A DNA stretch of 33,542 nucleotides, taken from positions 29,800,351 through 29,833,892 of the forward strand of contig NC_068984.1 of assembly GCF_001194135.2 (NCBI RefSeq). The letters run 5' to 3'. The position numbers and the translations under genes were made by a program. This DNA comes from Octopus bimaculoides (lineage: Eukaryota). A model generated the notes under the pieces. The model searched no databases. It was not told where the DNA came from and was given only the letters and a program-made list of their open reading frames with translations. Below are positions 12,958 through 26,890 of the stretch, one piece after another (within the stretch, counting starts at the first letter, position 1; each line of letters opens with the position of its first letter).

Positions 12958-13595
12958 TCCTCCTCCACTTCCTCCTCCTCCTCCTCCTCCTCCTCCTCCT
13001 CCTNNNNNNNNNNNNNNNNNNNNNNNNNNNNNNNNNNNNNNNNNNNNNNNNNNNNNNNNNNNNNNNNNNNNNNNNNNNNNNNNNNNNNNNNNNNNNNNNN
13101 NNNNNNNNNNNNNNNNNNNNNNNNNNNNNNNNNNNNNNNNNNNNNNNNNNNNNNNNNNNNNNNNNNNNNNNNNNNNNNNNNNNNNNNNNNNNNNNNNNNN
13201 NNNNNNNNNNNNNNNNNNNNNNNNNNNNNNNNNNNNNNNNNNNNNNNNNNNNNNNNNNNNNNNNNNNNNNNNNNNNNNNNNNNNNNNNNNNNNNNNNNNN
13301 NNNNNNNNNNNNNNNNNNNNNNNNNNNNNNNNNNNNNNNNNNNNNNNNNNNNNNNNNNNNNNNNNNNNNNNNNNNNNNNNNNNNNNNNNNNNNNNNNNNN
13401 NNNNNNNNNNNNNNNNNNNNNNNNNNNNNNNNNNNNNNNNNNNNCTTCTTCTTCTTCTTCTTCTTCTTCACTTCTCGTTTTGCTTCTTCTTCTTCTTCTT
13501 CTTCTTCTTCACTTCTCGTTTTGCTTCTTCTTCTTCTTCTTCTTCTTCTTCACTTCTCGTTTTGCTTCTTCTTCTTCTTCTTCTTCTTCTTCTTC
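12958..13595. repeat. (CCT)n / gap / (CTT)n compound repeat with a ~41-bp unit [(CTT)n-CACTTCTCGTTTTG] x3
   Basis: Three copies of CACTTCTCGTTTTG separated by (CTT)n runs at 13445-13595. Confidence 0.85.
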
Positions 13596-14747
13596 GTAAT
13601 CGTAATAGAATTAGTAGGAGTAATAGCAGTGATATTAATAGTTGTTGCATACATACATACACACACACACACAGTAGTAGTAGTAGTAGTTTTAGTAGTA
13701 AGGTTTGTACTTTTATCTATGTTAGTTTTCTTCACTTTCCTGTTTCTCTTATTCTTTCCTTTCAGTTAATCTGCAGAAAGTCTCTGTTGGAAGGAAGTCT
13801 TTAATAATTGCTAGCCAAGAGTCTTTCATCTCACTATCAAGACTGGAAGCTATTTTGAAAACAATTCACTCTATATTGATTGACTTGACACCAGTTAATG
13901 GAATCAGTTTATTATCGAAAGGAAATGCTATCATTGAACTGGCTAAAAACGATAAAATATAATAGAGGTATACAGATATGGATTTTTCTGACTCACATAA
14001 ATCATATTATGGAAAAATATAAAAAAGTAAAAAAAAGCTTACTAGTTGACTACTAATGTATTACGTAATCAAGCGTTGTACTGCTCGAAAACAACCCAAT
14101 GTTTCTTTTAGGGATCAATTGTTTTCTTTCTTTTTACTCGTGATGATCAATATATTTTTAAATATTTTTCTGGAGTTTTTCCTTTACATTTGGAGCACTT
14201 CATTGATACTAGGTTAATACTGTTCTGGCTATAAATAAGGAAGTAAATTAAACGGTTAATCTTTTCATAAACCTATCATTCGTTATTTCTTCCACTTAAA
14301 CACACATGTTCAATATCCTATTGCAATACCGTTTATACATCTCTATATCCATGAAACCCCTACATATTCTTCATGCCTTACAATGATTGATTCAAGTTTA
14401 GTATTATGTATACATATAGATTCGTATATGCGCATGTATATATATATATATATATATATATATNNNNNNNNNNNNNNNNNNNNNNNNNNNNNNNNNNNNN
14501 NNNNNNNNNNNNNNNNNNNNNNNNNNNNNNNNNNNNNNNNNNNNNNNNNNNNNNNNNNNNNNNNNNNNNNNNNNNNNNNNNNNNNNNNNNNNNNNNNNNN
14601 NNNNNNNNNNNNNNNNNNNNNNNNNNNNNNNNNNNNNNNNTACCGGTTTCAATCATTGAGACTTCCCAGTTATGTATGTATGTATGTATGTATGTATGTA
14701 TGTATGTATGTATGTATACGTATACGTATACGTATACGTACAGGTTC

Positions 14748-15045
14748 GTATGTTTTATTTTATGTATGTCGTCTCATGTATATACTTACTTATCTAGACA
14801 TGCTCATAAATACTTATAAATACTTCTGGAAAGTTTTACAGATTTTTATAGCTCCAGTGATAGATTGGATTTGGATCTATAGTTTTCGAATCAGCTTTGT
14901 CCTTTCCGGTTTTGAAAAACCTAATTTCACAAGGTTGGTATTTAGGCAGTGTGGTATATATCCCAGTGCTCCAATAATTACAGGTATAAACCTGAACTTG
15001 TAATCTGAATAGAGTAACTTCCGATTTCTCAATAGTTCAGCATAT
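14748..15045 (-). mobile_element. R4/Dong-clade 3'-terminal fragment (same family as 10735-11710)
   Basis: Translation YAELLRNRKLLYSDYKFRFIPVIIGALGYIPHCLNTNLVKLGFSKPERTKLIRKL aligns with the 10.9-11.1 kb copy, and the 3' UTRs are homologous. Flanked on both sides by (TATG)n (about 14671-14716 and 15046-15196). Confidence 0.9.
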
Positions 15046-15937
15046 GTATGCATGTATGTGTGTATGTATGTATGTATGTATGTATGTATGGATGGATGGA
15101 TGTATGGATGGATGGATGGATGTATATATGTGTGTATGTATGTATGTATGTATGTATGTATGTATGTATGTATGTATGTATGTATGTATGTATGTATTGC
15201 ATATTCGTGACTTATGAACTCTCGGCTATTTTTCAATCTCCAAAATGCATTACTTGGTAAAAATATGCAAAATATCAGAATTACAGTTTACAGAAATATG
15301 TCGTGAATTATTTTCAATGATTCTCGAACTTATTTTCTCTTCCAAAAGTCTGCAATAATTTAAATGTTAATTGCTTAACAGTTTACGGATATATTTTTTC
15401 CTCATACAATCTTTAATGATTTAAATTTTAATTACTTAAACTGGCTCTTGAAACTACTTCATTTGAAATACGGTGATAATTGAAGTACCCCTTCTTCGAG
15501 TTACTAAAGTTTTAAATGGATCTGACACCGGTTTCTTCTCAAAATAATAGATCTAAAGTAAGCGAGCGATAATACGCAGTGTTTTTTTTTCTCACTAATC
15601 ATTTAATATGCCAGGCACTGCTTGAAAACAATTGAATTCAGTTGATCGTAATGTTAAACAATAACATTGTGATTTCAATCAATTTATATTGTAGCTTCAT
15701 TACTCCTTCCAATTCATGGCCTGGATAAAATTTATGTCTCATATTTCCATCTACATATTTGAATGGTATTTTCTTTTATCAAAGTATCAAAGATATTCAC
15801 ACCTATGTCGCTTCCATTCTTCATCATTGAAATTATCTTGTTTCACAGTACACTAAAAGCATTCGTGCATATGATGAGAAATTTCTTTACGTAAAGATGA
15901 AAGATTCATTTTGATTTCATCGTTTGTTAAAGAATTG

Positions 15938-15975
<38 letters not shown>

Positions 15976-16330
15976 TGTGTGTGTGTGTGTTTGTGTGTGT
16001 GCGTACGTACATACATATATATATATATACGTACGTTCACACACACACACACACACGCACACATATATATATATAAATCTATGAAATTCCAACGTAGTCT
16101 TATTTTCATGTTCTTATGATAATAGAATATCTATTGTGATAAAACTAGTACTTTCATACGTCACACAATTATCAGCTCTGTGTCACAGTGGTGACAACTG
16201 TAGTGAAATGAGTAGAATTGTCCTACAAGTACATTCCATGGGCTCCAGCAGGATAAATCTTATGAACTCAATTGTCACTAATCAGTACGTGACTTCGATG
16301 TCACGGTTTGGTGACCGCGCCAACTATACC

Positions 16331-16560
16331 TTTTATCTTTCACGTTTTAATTGTGTCCCTCATTATTAGACTTCGCCATGCAGTGACACCGCCTTGATAT
16401 TTTAATCGAATCGACACCAGTACTTATATATTTTTTAAAGCCTGGTACTTATTCTATCGATCTCTTTTGCTGGACCAATAATGTTATGGGAACACAAACA
16501 GAACAACACCGGTTGTCAATCGGTGGGTGTCAGAACAAATACAGACACAAGGTCACACAT
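16331..16560 (-). mobile_element. Diverged 3' half of a family-A-related SINE
   Basis: Matches to the family-A body and tail: GCCATGCAGTGACACCGCC, CCTGGTACTTATTCTATCG, ACACCGGTTGTCAA, ACAAATACAGACACAA. Confidence 0.7.
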
Positions 16561-16861
16561 ACACACACACGCGCGCGCACCCACGCACCCATATACATAT
16601 AAATATATATCTACGCATATATATTTATATATATATCTAATAATATAAAAAATGAGATGTGTGCGTATTCACTTTTCACACGAAAACGGCTTTATCAGTT
16701 GCTTTCATACTTGTGACAAATAATAGGCTTTTCATTTGATTTTTTATTAAAAATTATTAAAAATAAAAAAAATATTGCTTTTTATTTTGCATTCACGTCT
16801 CTGAAAGTATTTTAAATATTTACTCCCGGTTTTCTAGCGTCAGTGAGGTAACATGTCTCGT

Positions 16862-16864
<3 letters not shown>

Positions 16865-16946
<82 letters not shown>
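16865..16946. repeat. (TC)n microsatellite
   Basis: Perfect TC tract. Confidence 0.95.
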
Positions 16947-16952
<6 letters not shown>

Positions 16953-17130
16953 ATGTTTCTGTAACATATCTCTCTAATTACATCTCTTGTTTTTACTTTC
17001 ATTTTTCAGATGCTATTCTTTTCACTTTCAATTTTCATACACTATTGTCTTCCACGTTATTGTTTCCACTGCATGTGAAAACGTTTGTAATAAAAGGGAG
17101 AAAATGAAACAAATATAGACGACCCTTGAG

Positions 17131-17833
17131 TCACGTGTGAGCAACGAGAGAGAGAGAGAAAAAAGAGAAAGAGGGAGAGAAAGACAGGTAAAAGACGGTG
17201 AATGGGGAGAAAAGGGAATTAGAGAGGACGGGGAAGAAAACAGTGTAGTGCAGGTTCGCATCAAAAAGATTACGATAAACTTACTTGGAAATGGATGAGT
17301 GGCGTTCAATTAAATAATAATATAAATAATATATATATATGTATGCATATATGGGTACAGGACATCACCAATAGTGTAAACAGCATGAAGTACGAAAACA
17401 ATGCGTTAAATACGCAAACAATGCAAGAAAAAATGGAAAACAGGAAGAAACACCCTTCATCAGTTGAATGCTAGAAATGAGGAGGGGTAGTCAGACAGCG
17501 GGCAACTGATGAAGGGTCGTACTTGTCCTGTTTTACATTTCTTTCTCTTGTTCACGTATTTAACTCGTTTTCGTACTTGATATTGTTTACACAGTTGGTG
17601 ACGTCCTGTACGCATATATGCATATATATATATATTATTTATAGTATTATGTAATTGAACGCTACCCATCCATTTCCAAGTAAGTTTATCTTAACCTTTC
17701 TGATGCGACTCTACTCTTTACTGTTTCCTCACCCATCCTCCTCGAATTCTATTTTGCTCCGCTTCACCGTCTTCTATCTGTCTCTCGCTCTCTACCTATT
17801 TCTATTTTTCTCTCACTCGCTGCTCACACGTGA
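17131..17833. repeat. Long imperfect inverted repeat (arms ~335 bp, 36-nt spacer); foldback or Penelope-like inverted terminal repeat
   Basis: Arm 17131-17466 is the reverse complement of 17503-17833. Examples: TCACGTGTGAGCA/TGCTCACACGTGA, GATAAACTTACTTGGAAATGGATG/CATCCATTTCCAAGTAAGTTTATC, CCCTTCATCAGTTG/CAACTGATGAAGGG. ORFs 17028..17309(-) and 17655..17927(+) both start MNATHPFPSKFI. Confidence 0.9.
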
Positions 17834-18391
17834 TCATCGTCCATCTTTCTTTACCTCATGTGACAATCTTTCTTTTCCTGCACGAAGTTCTAATGACCTG
17901 ACTTCTTTTATATCTTTTCTCTTTTGAGGATACCTTTCCTGATGAAGGGGACGTTGTCCCCATGGTATGTAAGATTTATTAATTTTTCCACCAGGACATG
18001 AGCTCAAGATACGGCCGTTGAAAGTGAATCTCCCGGAATTGTATTATATACCTTATTTACCATTTATATTTTTAAAAAAACATACACCGAACTCTATGGA
18101 CCTTTTAATCGAAACTCTTAACCGCATTTCAGTACAAGCAAATTTTTTCAGTACTCTTTCCCTCACACTTCCTTCCATACGTATCTCACATGGGCTTTAT
18201 TTACATGTATTTTTATGTATTACGGAGATGTACTTGCATAGCAAGTGACCTGATCTGAGATCGTGTGCTGCAACGAAAACAATTGCAGCGTGGAAGGTAT
18301 TTATAAGTCATTTAAGAAACACACAAAAACCGTTAGATTCACTTCAACATTTAAATTTAATTTGCCAAAATATTTTCGTCGCTTTGAAACC

Positions 18392-18505
18392 GCGTAGGCT
18401 CGAAACGTTGAAGACTTTTTCACTTCCCGAGCGTTAAACTAATACATATGTTTGTTGTCTACACCACCTGTCTCCGTCTTTTGTTTTTTATTGTGAATTC
18501 TCCCC
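18392..18505 (+). mobile_element. Penelope-like pLTR fragment (second copy at 32781-32906, minus strand)
   Basis: GCGTAGGCTCGAAACGTTGAAGACTTTTTCACTTCCCGAGCGTTAAACTAATACA... aligns with the reverse complement of 32781-32900. The 'GCTC-GAAAC-GT' half-motif resembles PLE-associated hammerhead cores. The family assignment is inference. Confidence 0.55.
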
Positions 18506-18828
18506 ATACACACACACACACACNNNNNNNNNNNNNNNNNNNNNNNNNNNNNNNNNNNNNNNNNNNNNNNNNNNNNNNNNNNNNNNNNNNNNNNNNNNNN
18601 NNNNNNNNNNNNNNNNNNNNNNNNNNNNNNNNNNNNNNNNNNNNNNNNNNNNNNNNNNNNNNNNNNNNNNNNNNNNNNNNNNNNNNNNNNNNNNNNNNNN
18701 NNNNNNNNNNNNNNNNNNNNNNNNNNNNNNNNNNNNNNNNNNNNNNNNNNNNNNNNNNNNNNNNNNNNNNNNNNNNNNNNNNNNNNNNNNNNNNNNNNNN
18801 NNNNNNNNNNNNNNNNNNNNNNNNNNNN

Positions 18829-18863
<35 letters not shown>

Positions 18864-18983
18864 TACATATGTTCACATTGATGCTAGCGGTCACATATCA
18901 CTGCTGACAGTTATAACACAGTTGTTCCACTAATGTATTGAGGATCAGCTCGGATTCATCAATTTACACACACACACACACAC

Positions 18984-19020
<37 letters not shown>

Positions 19021-19933
19021 CACACATATGTATATATATACATGTATATATAAATATATTTGGGGTTTAAATCATATCTGAATTACAGTTCTATTACTTG
19101 TTACTCGCATCGCAGAGTGATTTATTTACAATAACTACAATGATTTAATATCAAACATATAACAGATTAATAATGAAATAATTAAAACCTATTTAAAGGT
19201 GTAACAGTTTGCAATCACGAATTTCTTCTTCAGCCTTTCTACAATTTAGAGTGAAATGTTGCTATTGTTCAAGGTGTTTATCCTTTCCTACAGGTGCTGT
19301 CGTGTCTAATCAAAAGACAAAATTTCTCACATATTTATTAGTTTAAATTTTCGTGCGCCTGTCCATCTATAAAACTCCAAAAGACGATGAATTCACGCAT
19401 CTCTACCTCTTTGGTTATATTAGTCAAATAACTGAAATTGTTTAGACAGGTTGCATTCAGATATATTGCTGAGTTTGTCACATTCGTGTTAGAACCTTAT
19501 TTTAAATGAATAGGTTAAATAAACTAAATTTTGATAGTGAATGATTTTATAATCTAAACTTATTAGAGCACAATGCGCTTCAACGTGTTTCTTTACATTT
19601 TCTTTTCATTTAAAGTTTGACACATATCATATTGGAAGAGAAATACCTTACTGCTTTGCTAAAATGCATAGTCCTGCATTGGCTTCTATACACATGATCT
19701 ATTTGTACACATCGGTAAATGTACACACAAAGGAAGCACAAACGCACACAAACACACATACAATCCTCGTAAATATTCGTTAGAAAGGCTGCTTCCGACG
19801 ATAATAGCTAATATATAAATGTATACATACACTCATACGCACACTCACACGCACACACGCGCACACACGCGCACGCACGCACACACACGCGCGCATACAC
19901 ACACACCCTCACACACACGCACACACACACACT

Positions 19934-19973
<40 letters not shown>

Positions 19974-20257
19974 GATCCGTCGGTTCCAATTAATGTGATC
20001 AGCGGAACAGCCAGTTCGTGAAATTAACGTCCTAGTGGCTCAGCACTCCAAAGACACGCGTACGTTTAACGTAGTTCTCAGGGAAATTCAGCGTGACACA
20101 GAATGTGGCAAGGTTGGACCTTCGAATTATATACAACTCATGTTTGCCAGCTGAGTGGACTGGACCAAGGCTAAACAAAGTGTTTTGCTCAAGAAAACAA
20201 TGTGCCACCAGGAATCAAACTAACGACCGTAAGTCGATTACTCTTACCACTAAGCCA
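19974..20257 (-). mobile_element. tRNA-derived SINE (family B)
   Basis: Minus-strand head TGGCTTAGTGGTAAGAG (A-box), GTTTGATTCC (B-box), then a central SINE-domain-like segment (TTCTTGAGCAAAACACTTTG...CCAGTCCACTCAGCTGGCAAA). Flanked by CA microsatellites. Confidence 0.75.
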
Positions 20258-20285
20258 GTCTTCTACACACACACTGTGTCACACA

Positions 20286-20347
<62 letters not shown>

Positions 20348-20477
20348 NNNNNNNNNNNNNNNNNNNNNNNNNNNNNNNNNNNNNNNNNNNNNNNNNNNNN
20401 NNNNNNNNNNNNNNNNNNNNNNNNNNNNNNNNNNNNNNNNNNNNNNNNNNNNNNNNNNNNNNNNNNNNNNNNNNNNN

Positions 20478-20530
<53 letters not shown>

Positions 20531-22789
20531 ATAATTATATATATATGTTTGTGTGTGTGTGTGTGGTACTTAAGGACAACGGGAGGAGGTTTCAAAGCAA
20601 AGCATTTTCCAAGAGCTGTTATCGTTTACAATAAAATTTCATATTTCTCGGTGTTAATTTTTGGGTTTCCTTGTATTTATTGGTAAACTTCTGTAAATGT
20701 AAAATTCTGAAAATGTTAAGTACGGTGATGCTTGATTCATTAGCTATTACTGCTGTCTCATAAGTTTGAAGCTGCTCAAATCATTGTTCCTCTTTACATG
20801 AGAACTACATTGTAATCCTGCTGTCATAAATGGGAGGATTACATTCGCACGTAATACATTCCAGAAACAATTACTGATTCGTCTATAAATTTTACGAAAA
20901 CAAGAGACTCCTAATATTTTATATGGTAAAAGTGTTTTCCGGTACTGATAATCGTATAATAACCATTCGGAAAAGCGTAAAGTTATGTTCAGCATTGGAT
21001 TATTGAATTTGAAATATTGTAAAAGTTTCAGAATTTAGTATTGATTCCTTGGTTTCCCATGTGGATGGAATTTGGAGGTGATACTTTCAGGCTCGGGTGA
21101 ATTTGTGTATATGTATCAATCACATGTGTTGACATGTGTTTTCGCTTCTAAAACATTTCTCCAAAGTATACTGCCTATCTGTTTCCTACGCCTGAAGATA
21201 ATGGTTAGCCTATAACTTAGCATTTTGCTTTTTCTTTAGCTGATATAAGTTGAATCCCAATTATCTTCACAAATTTTGAGGAGATTGGGCACCTGTAATA
21301 GCCTATTGTAGCGTTGATTCAATAGTCTTTATTCATTTAACGTGATCACTATTATTCTAGGTATATGGCAGCTAATCTGTTTATATGCATCAATAAGCAC
21401 TCTCGATTAGGAAAGATATATTAATCCCAGCACTAAACAAAATTAAGTTAAAACATCTAATTGTCGTTGCCTCATTGTCCAATAATGACAATGACAATAA
21501 ATAGAGGCATCGATTAAGTGTTACGTTATGCTCTATATGTAAATGACTGGCATAGCAAGTACGAGAATAACGAATAAGAAAATACGCGGACGGACAATCA
21601 AATGAGAACTATACGTACATATATTTTCACACACACACAAATACATACACACATGCGCGCGCACGCACGCACTCACATAAACATAAATGGGGTAACGCAT
21701 GTGTGACTATGTTTACGTTTACACTGGGCAAAACGTAATCAATGTTGTTGACCGTTTGTCAAATAGAATTATATCTAAAATAAGTTATTTGGTTGATGAT
21801 ATGAATGACTAAAATCTTGAAGTTTTGCTCAAGCATGATCGCATTCCGATGAGTTAAACCAGTAAAAGTCAAGCTAAAAGAGTGGAAGCATTTGAATTAA
21901 TTAACCTTCGATAAAGTATCATTTCAGAAATCATTTTATATATAGAATCATCCATCAAAATAAAACGAGATTTCAGAATGAATTTTAATCAATAAGCAAG
22001 AATCGAACAGCTTCAGATTAACAGATCTATCATTTCCTTAGATAAAACTCCAAAATAATCTATCTGTAATCAGTCTCGTCAAATTTGAGTGATATTCTTT
22101 CAATGCAAAATGTATGCGAAAATATGTTTCGAATCGATATTCATTTTTTTTTTTCTTGTCGTAGCAAGCAATAGACATTTACAATACACTGTAGCAGCAA
22201 TCAGAAGTATTTAGAATGTGACCAGCAAATAAATGAACAAAAGCACTAAAAAGCGAAACAACAACTGTGAAATATCGACTATAATATAAACTGGTCCATG
22301 ATATGAAGCTATTAATACATAGAACAGAAATACAACATATTTACTCCAACAAAATGTTCAATGATATTCATATTTGTTTTCAGCGAATCAATTTTTTGCT
22401 CTCTTATATGCTGAGTAGTTTATAACAAATATTGCTATGTAGCCATCAAAGAGAAAGCTATAATTTCTCTGAATGATTTTCATTGACACTCTTTTTTATT
22501 CGATTAGTTACGTATTATCCTCTATCTGGTGTAAAACCAAATTTATTTGAGAGTTATAAAAGTCTTTCCCTTGAAGCTATCAATAGATGGAGAATATTTC
22601 ATTGGGAAATAAACAATGATACGGGAATTTGTGCCTGAAGTCCTTTTAACTACAAAACATGTAGGACATTAATTTGTGTCAAGAGCTTTGTAAATAAATT
22701 ACTTCGAAATCCTTTTCATTCGCTGCAGGTGACAATTACGGACATACATACATACATGCATACATACATACGTCAGTGTGTGCTTGCAC

Positions 22790-22854
<65 letters not shown>

Positions 22855-25800
22855 ATGCCATAAGAATCTTTGAAAGCTTTTAAGGTAATATTTGGGGGTG
22901 GAATAGTGCTTATCGAAGCTCATTACATACAACTATAATGAATAGCAGATAGTTTGACACGTGACCCAAGGGTTGAGAATTTAAAGTGTGTCACTTATCA
23001 ACTTGACAACCAACCGAGAGAAAGTCTTTTTTTTTTTAGCGTGAACTACGATTCTTTCTTGAATCATTGTTGGAGCGTCACTTGAAATGTGAAATTTAAG
23101 AAAATCTAGAATTTAAACGGACGATAAACTGAAGAGAAAAATGAAATACAGACACATGCTGCCCTCACACACACACAACTCTGTGAATATGTGTGTACAC
23201 TGGTGTCGGTCGGTGTCTGTATATAAGTTTGTGTTTGCATTTTCTTTTCTGTAAATCTACCCCCTTTTTATGGCACAGACTATTTGAAATTTTTTATTTT
23301 CATGAGGACTTCCATCACTATGATTTTAATCGAACAATCCAGAAAGGATTATAATTTACTTCACATAATAAATGTTCTTCTGTTTAAAATACGTCTGATA
23401 TATGCAATGTATGCAATCATCGGAACTTATGTCAATTGTGTATCGTATTACCGATAAAAAATAATAAAACAGTACCTCCATACGTACACTCAAAACTTTT
23501 AAGAAACATTTATTCAAGGAAAATAGTTAGAATGGTTGAATAGCATGAATGTAGATATTTCGTGTAGGTATTGAAGCAGTGCATGACTTACGGAAAATTT
23601 TTGAAATTAAATTACAACTTGCCTCTACACGAAAGAAATCAAAACGCCAGTGTGGAATTTTAATGAAAAGCTGAAATAATTTCTGGAAACAGAGATGAAA
23701 TTTGTTATCTAGTTGCAAGTAATGGGTAATTTCAATTAATTGAAATTATTTTGGATGCGTTATTCAGTATATCACGATCTAAATGAATTTCTCATGTCGT
23801 CTATCCATTTCTGATATCTCCCTTAATTTGCTTTTCGCAGTTATGCAAATTATAGAGGCTAACATGTTTTAAGACTTGTGTTCAGTTTGTGACATTGTAA
23901 GCACTAATGAATGCAAGCTTGAAAGGTTCGTGTTTTACTGATGATGTGTAACATAAGCAATATTTTCCAGTATATCTCATCTTGCCTTCTTACAAAGATC
24001 AGATTTTATTTCCCAGACATAAAAAAAACTAGTGAAATTAAGTCAACAGTTCGTGGAGTTATCTCCCCTCCTATTTGAGATTCTCCAAAATTTGCAACTA
24101 TATGTTCCTCTTCTTTCTCTATTAACAAGCAAATTATAATCTCTTACATGTAGTATTCACTACACCACCGCCAGCAGGAAATATAATAAATGCACCCACT
24201 ATGCTTTCAGCTCTCACATTTTGCAACACAACCCTAGAACAGACGCTTCTAAGTAACGCTCTGGAATTAACAATGCTGTTATATTTCCGGCATTTAAGAC
24301 ATAGCATTCGTTTCTTTTCATATTTAATGCTTTTCAAACAAATAAAATCCTCACACTATAAAGCCTTTTGAAAGATCAATAATAGTAGTTTTCGATTTTG
24401 TAAAAATAACGTGAAAAGTAAAAGACACTGGCTTATCAAATATATTTATTTCATGTGTATGAGTACCTAAAATAAAAGTAGTGAAAACAATTATGCCTTA
24501 ATCCATGATACCATAAGTTTTATTTTACTTTTTTCTACATATTCAGTTGTCTTTTAAGTTAGCTGTAAGGAAATGTTTAAGAGTGCACTTTATGATCACG
24601 TTTTTATACTCAGTATTAAAACGTTTTCATATTTCTCGGTCACTCTTCTATTTCGTATAATCAATACACACCTAAAAACTGCTTCAAATTTAATATTGAA
24701 TCTAGTTTTATGCTTACTATACAGAAACTGGACACAATGATCTCTCAGTTAAATGTTTAGCGTGTTGGCCATGTTAATGTAATATAGAAATTCATTTGTA
24801 CAAAAATCCAGAGTAGAAAGTGACTTTATTGATTGCATTGAAAAAGTGTTGTTTAGTGAGCCACAAAGTAATGTTGAAGAGGAAAGATACATATTTTTGT
24901 TGTTGGGTGGTCGTGCTGCAATATGGTGATGCATATAAAACTGTGTTAGTATGAAATAAAGGTACTAAATAGTTGATTTTTATTGAAACCAGTGCCACGC
25001 GTTTTAAACGGATGACTGACATTTCTCTTTCCCAATATTTACTATTATGTTTCGGCATAAGAAAATAGCAATTTAACTCTATTAACTGACATGGCTTTAC
25101 TGATACCTTGTGTGCAAATCAAAGGATGACAAGGCAAACGCTGGATAAACTAACAGTCCATTGTGTTAGGACTATCCCTCAAGTGAATTCAATGAACCAG
25201 TTTCCGGAAAAGTGACAGATGGAAGAACAAACACGTTTTAAAAAATACTTTCTATATTTTAGTAAATCTCTATTAGAAGCTTACGAATCAGTTGTTTGAA
25301 ATGAAAAAGAATGCAATGGTGTAACGCAGTTGGATTGGAATAATTCTGCCTACACCTGATTTGTGCTACACAAAAACTCGTGCACACTGGAGGATTTTCA
25401 ATAGTGGCAAATATATAGAAAACATCACTAATCGGCTTCATAGATAATGGAATGCTTTGTTCTGTATGTTTTCTCTACCGTGTAAAAACAGGCAATATTA
25501 ATTCTCATCTCTTAATCGAAGTTTTCCATTAAGTTATCTACTATTAGCACTCGGATAAGTTGCACTAGATGCAGAGTTACAAACGTGAACACAGTAGCAA
25601 CAGCTATGAATGATTTATTCTGATTAGATACGGGCAGTGAAGCTACGATTTCGAAACAAGGTAAAAACAACTCAAGATCAATTTCACTGAGGCATTATAG
25701 ATGTAGAAAGCGTTGTAAGGGCATACTAAACAGCGTGTATTTACTCAATAATAATTGACAATTTCTTACAGTGTAAAATACCAATCAATTAACGATTTAT

Positions 25801-26680
25801 GATTTTTTTTATATTGTCCCTGTTTCTGTTTATACCTAACGATGGTGTTATCTGGGGCTTTGTGTTGCGTTTGTTTATGTGAATAATATAAATGAGTGAT
25901 TCGACAAAATTGTATATAATAATAAGTAGCTATTTTAAATAGGTACTGACTGCTAACCAATGACTGAAACCAATAAAATAAATAAAAGCTGATCAGTTAT
26001 GTTTAACTAACGTTCCAAACAAATTTACACACAACTGAAGGAGCATTTAGTTATTAATGTTTGATTGAATTACAAAATGAATAACTCATGAATATTAAAA
26101 GGGATATTCGATTTTTTAGATTACTCTATGAAGAGAAGCATTTTTTTATCGATTAGGCTTTAAATATGTAATGATGAATGTTTATCTTCTAGCGTGATTT
26201 ACAGATGTGGAATGATTCATGTCGTAGGAATGACATCATGTCAGGAAAAGTGTGGGATTCTGAACAACTATTAATGTACATGATTCTAAATAGTGTTCGA
26301 ATTTTTCCAAATTCTAAAATGAAATTAATCAGTAATTTATTTTGATTCGAGACTGGTGATCAAGAACAAATTTAACACAAGGTAGAAACCATTTAAACAA
26401 CTTCAATAGTACTCAATGTGTTACGAACACACAATTCACCTCTGTAATGAGATTTTCAGACACCGGAAGTTTCAAACTTATTGTATGTCTCTTCAGTCAA
26501 AGCTAACCCGGACCGATGACGTAACATTAATACAGGATCTTGAATATAGAAATCAGCAAATAATTAATCAGCAAATAATTAATTAATGTGTGCTGAAGCG
26601 TTCCAACCGATAATGATTATGAGATACACGATGAAATGGGAGAATGTGTTAAAGAACGTATCACTATGGTTGACAATGTA

Positions 26681-26890
26681 GCGAGTTGGCAGAATCCTTA
26701 GCACACCGGTTAAAATTCTTAGCTATATTTCGCCGTCTTTACTCTCTGAGTTCAAATTCTGCTGAGGTGGACTTTACCTTTCATTCTCTCGGCGTCGAAG
26801 TACCCGTAGAGCATTGAGTATGATGTCCTTTGGTAGCCCTCCCCACCCCATAATTTCATGCCTTTTGCCTATGATAAAAGGGATTATTAT
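26681..26890 (+). mobile_element. tRNA-derived SINE (family C)
   Basis: A-box-like TGGCAGAATCC (26687-26697), B-box GAGTTCAAATTC (26748-26759), and a tail ending GATTATTAT. Confidence 0.75.

Noticed and set aside
20690-21350. Possible decayed LINE on the minus strand
   Set aside because: No recognisable conserved motif could be read.
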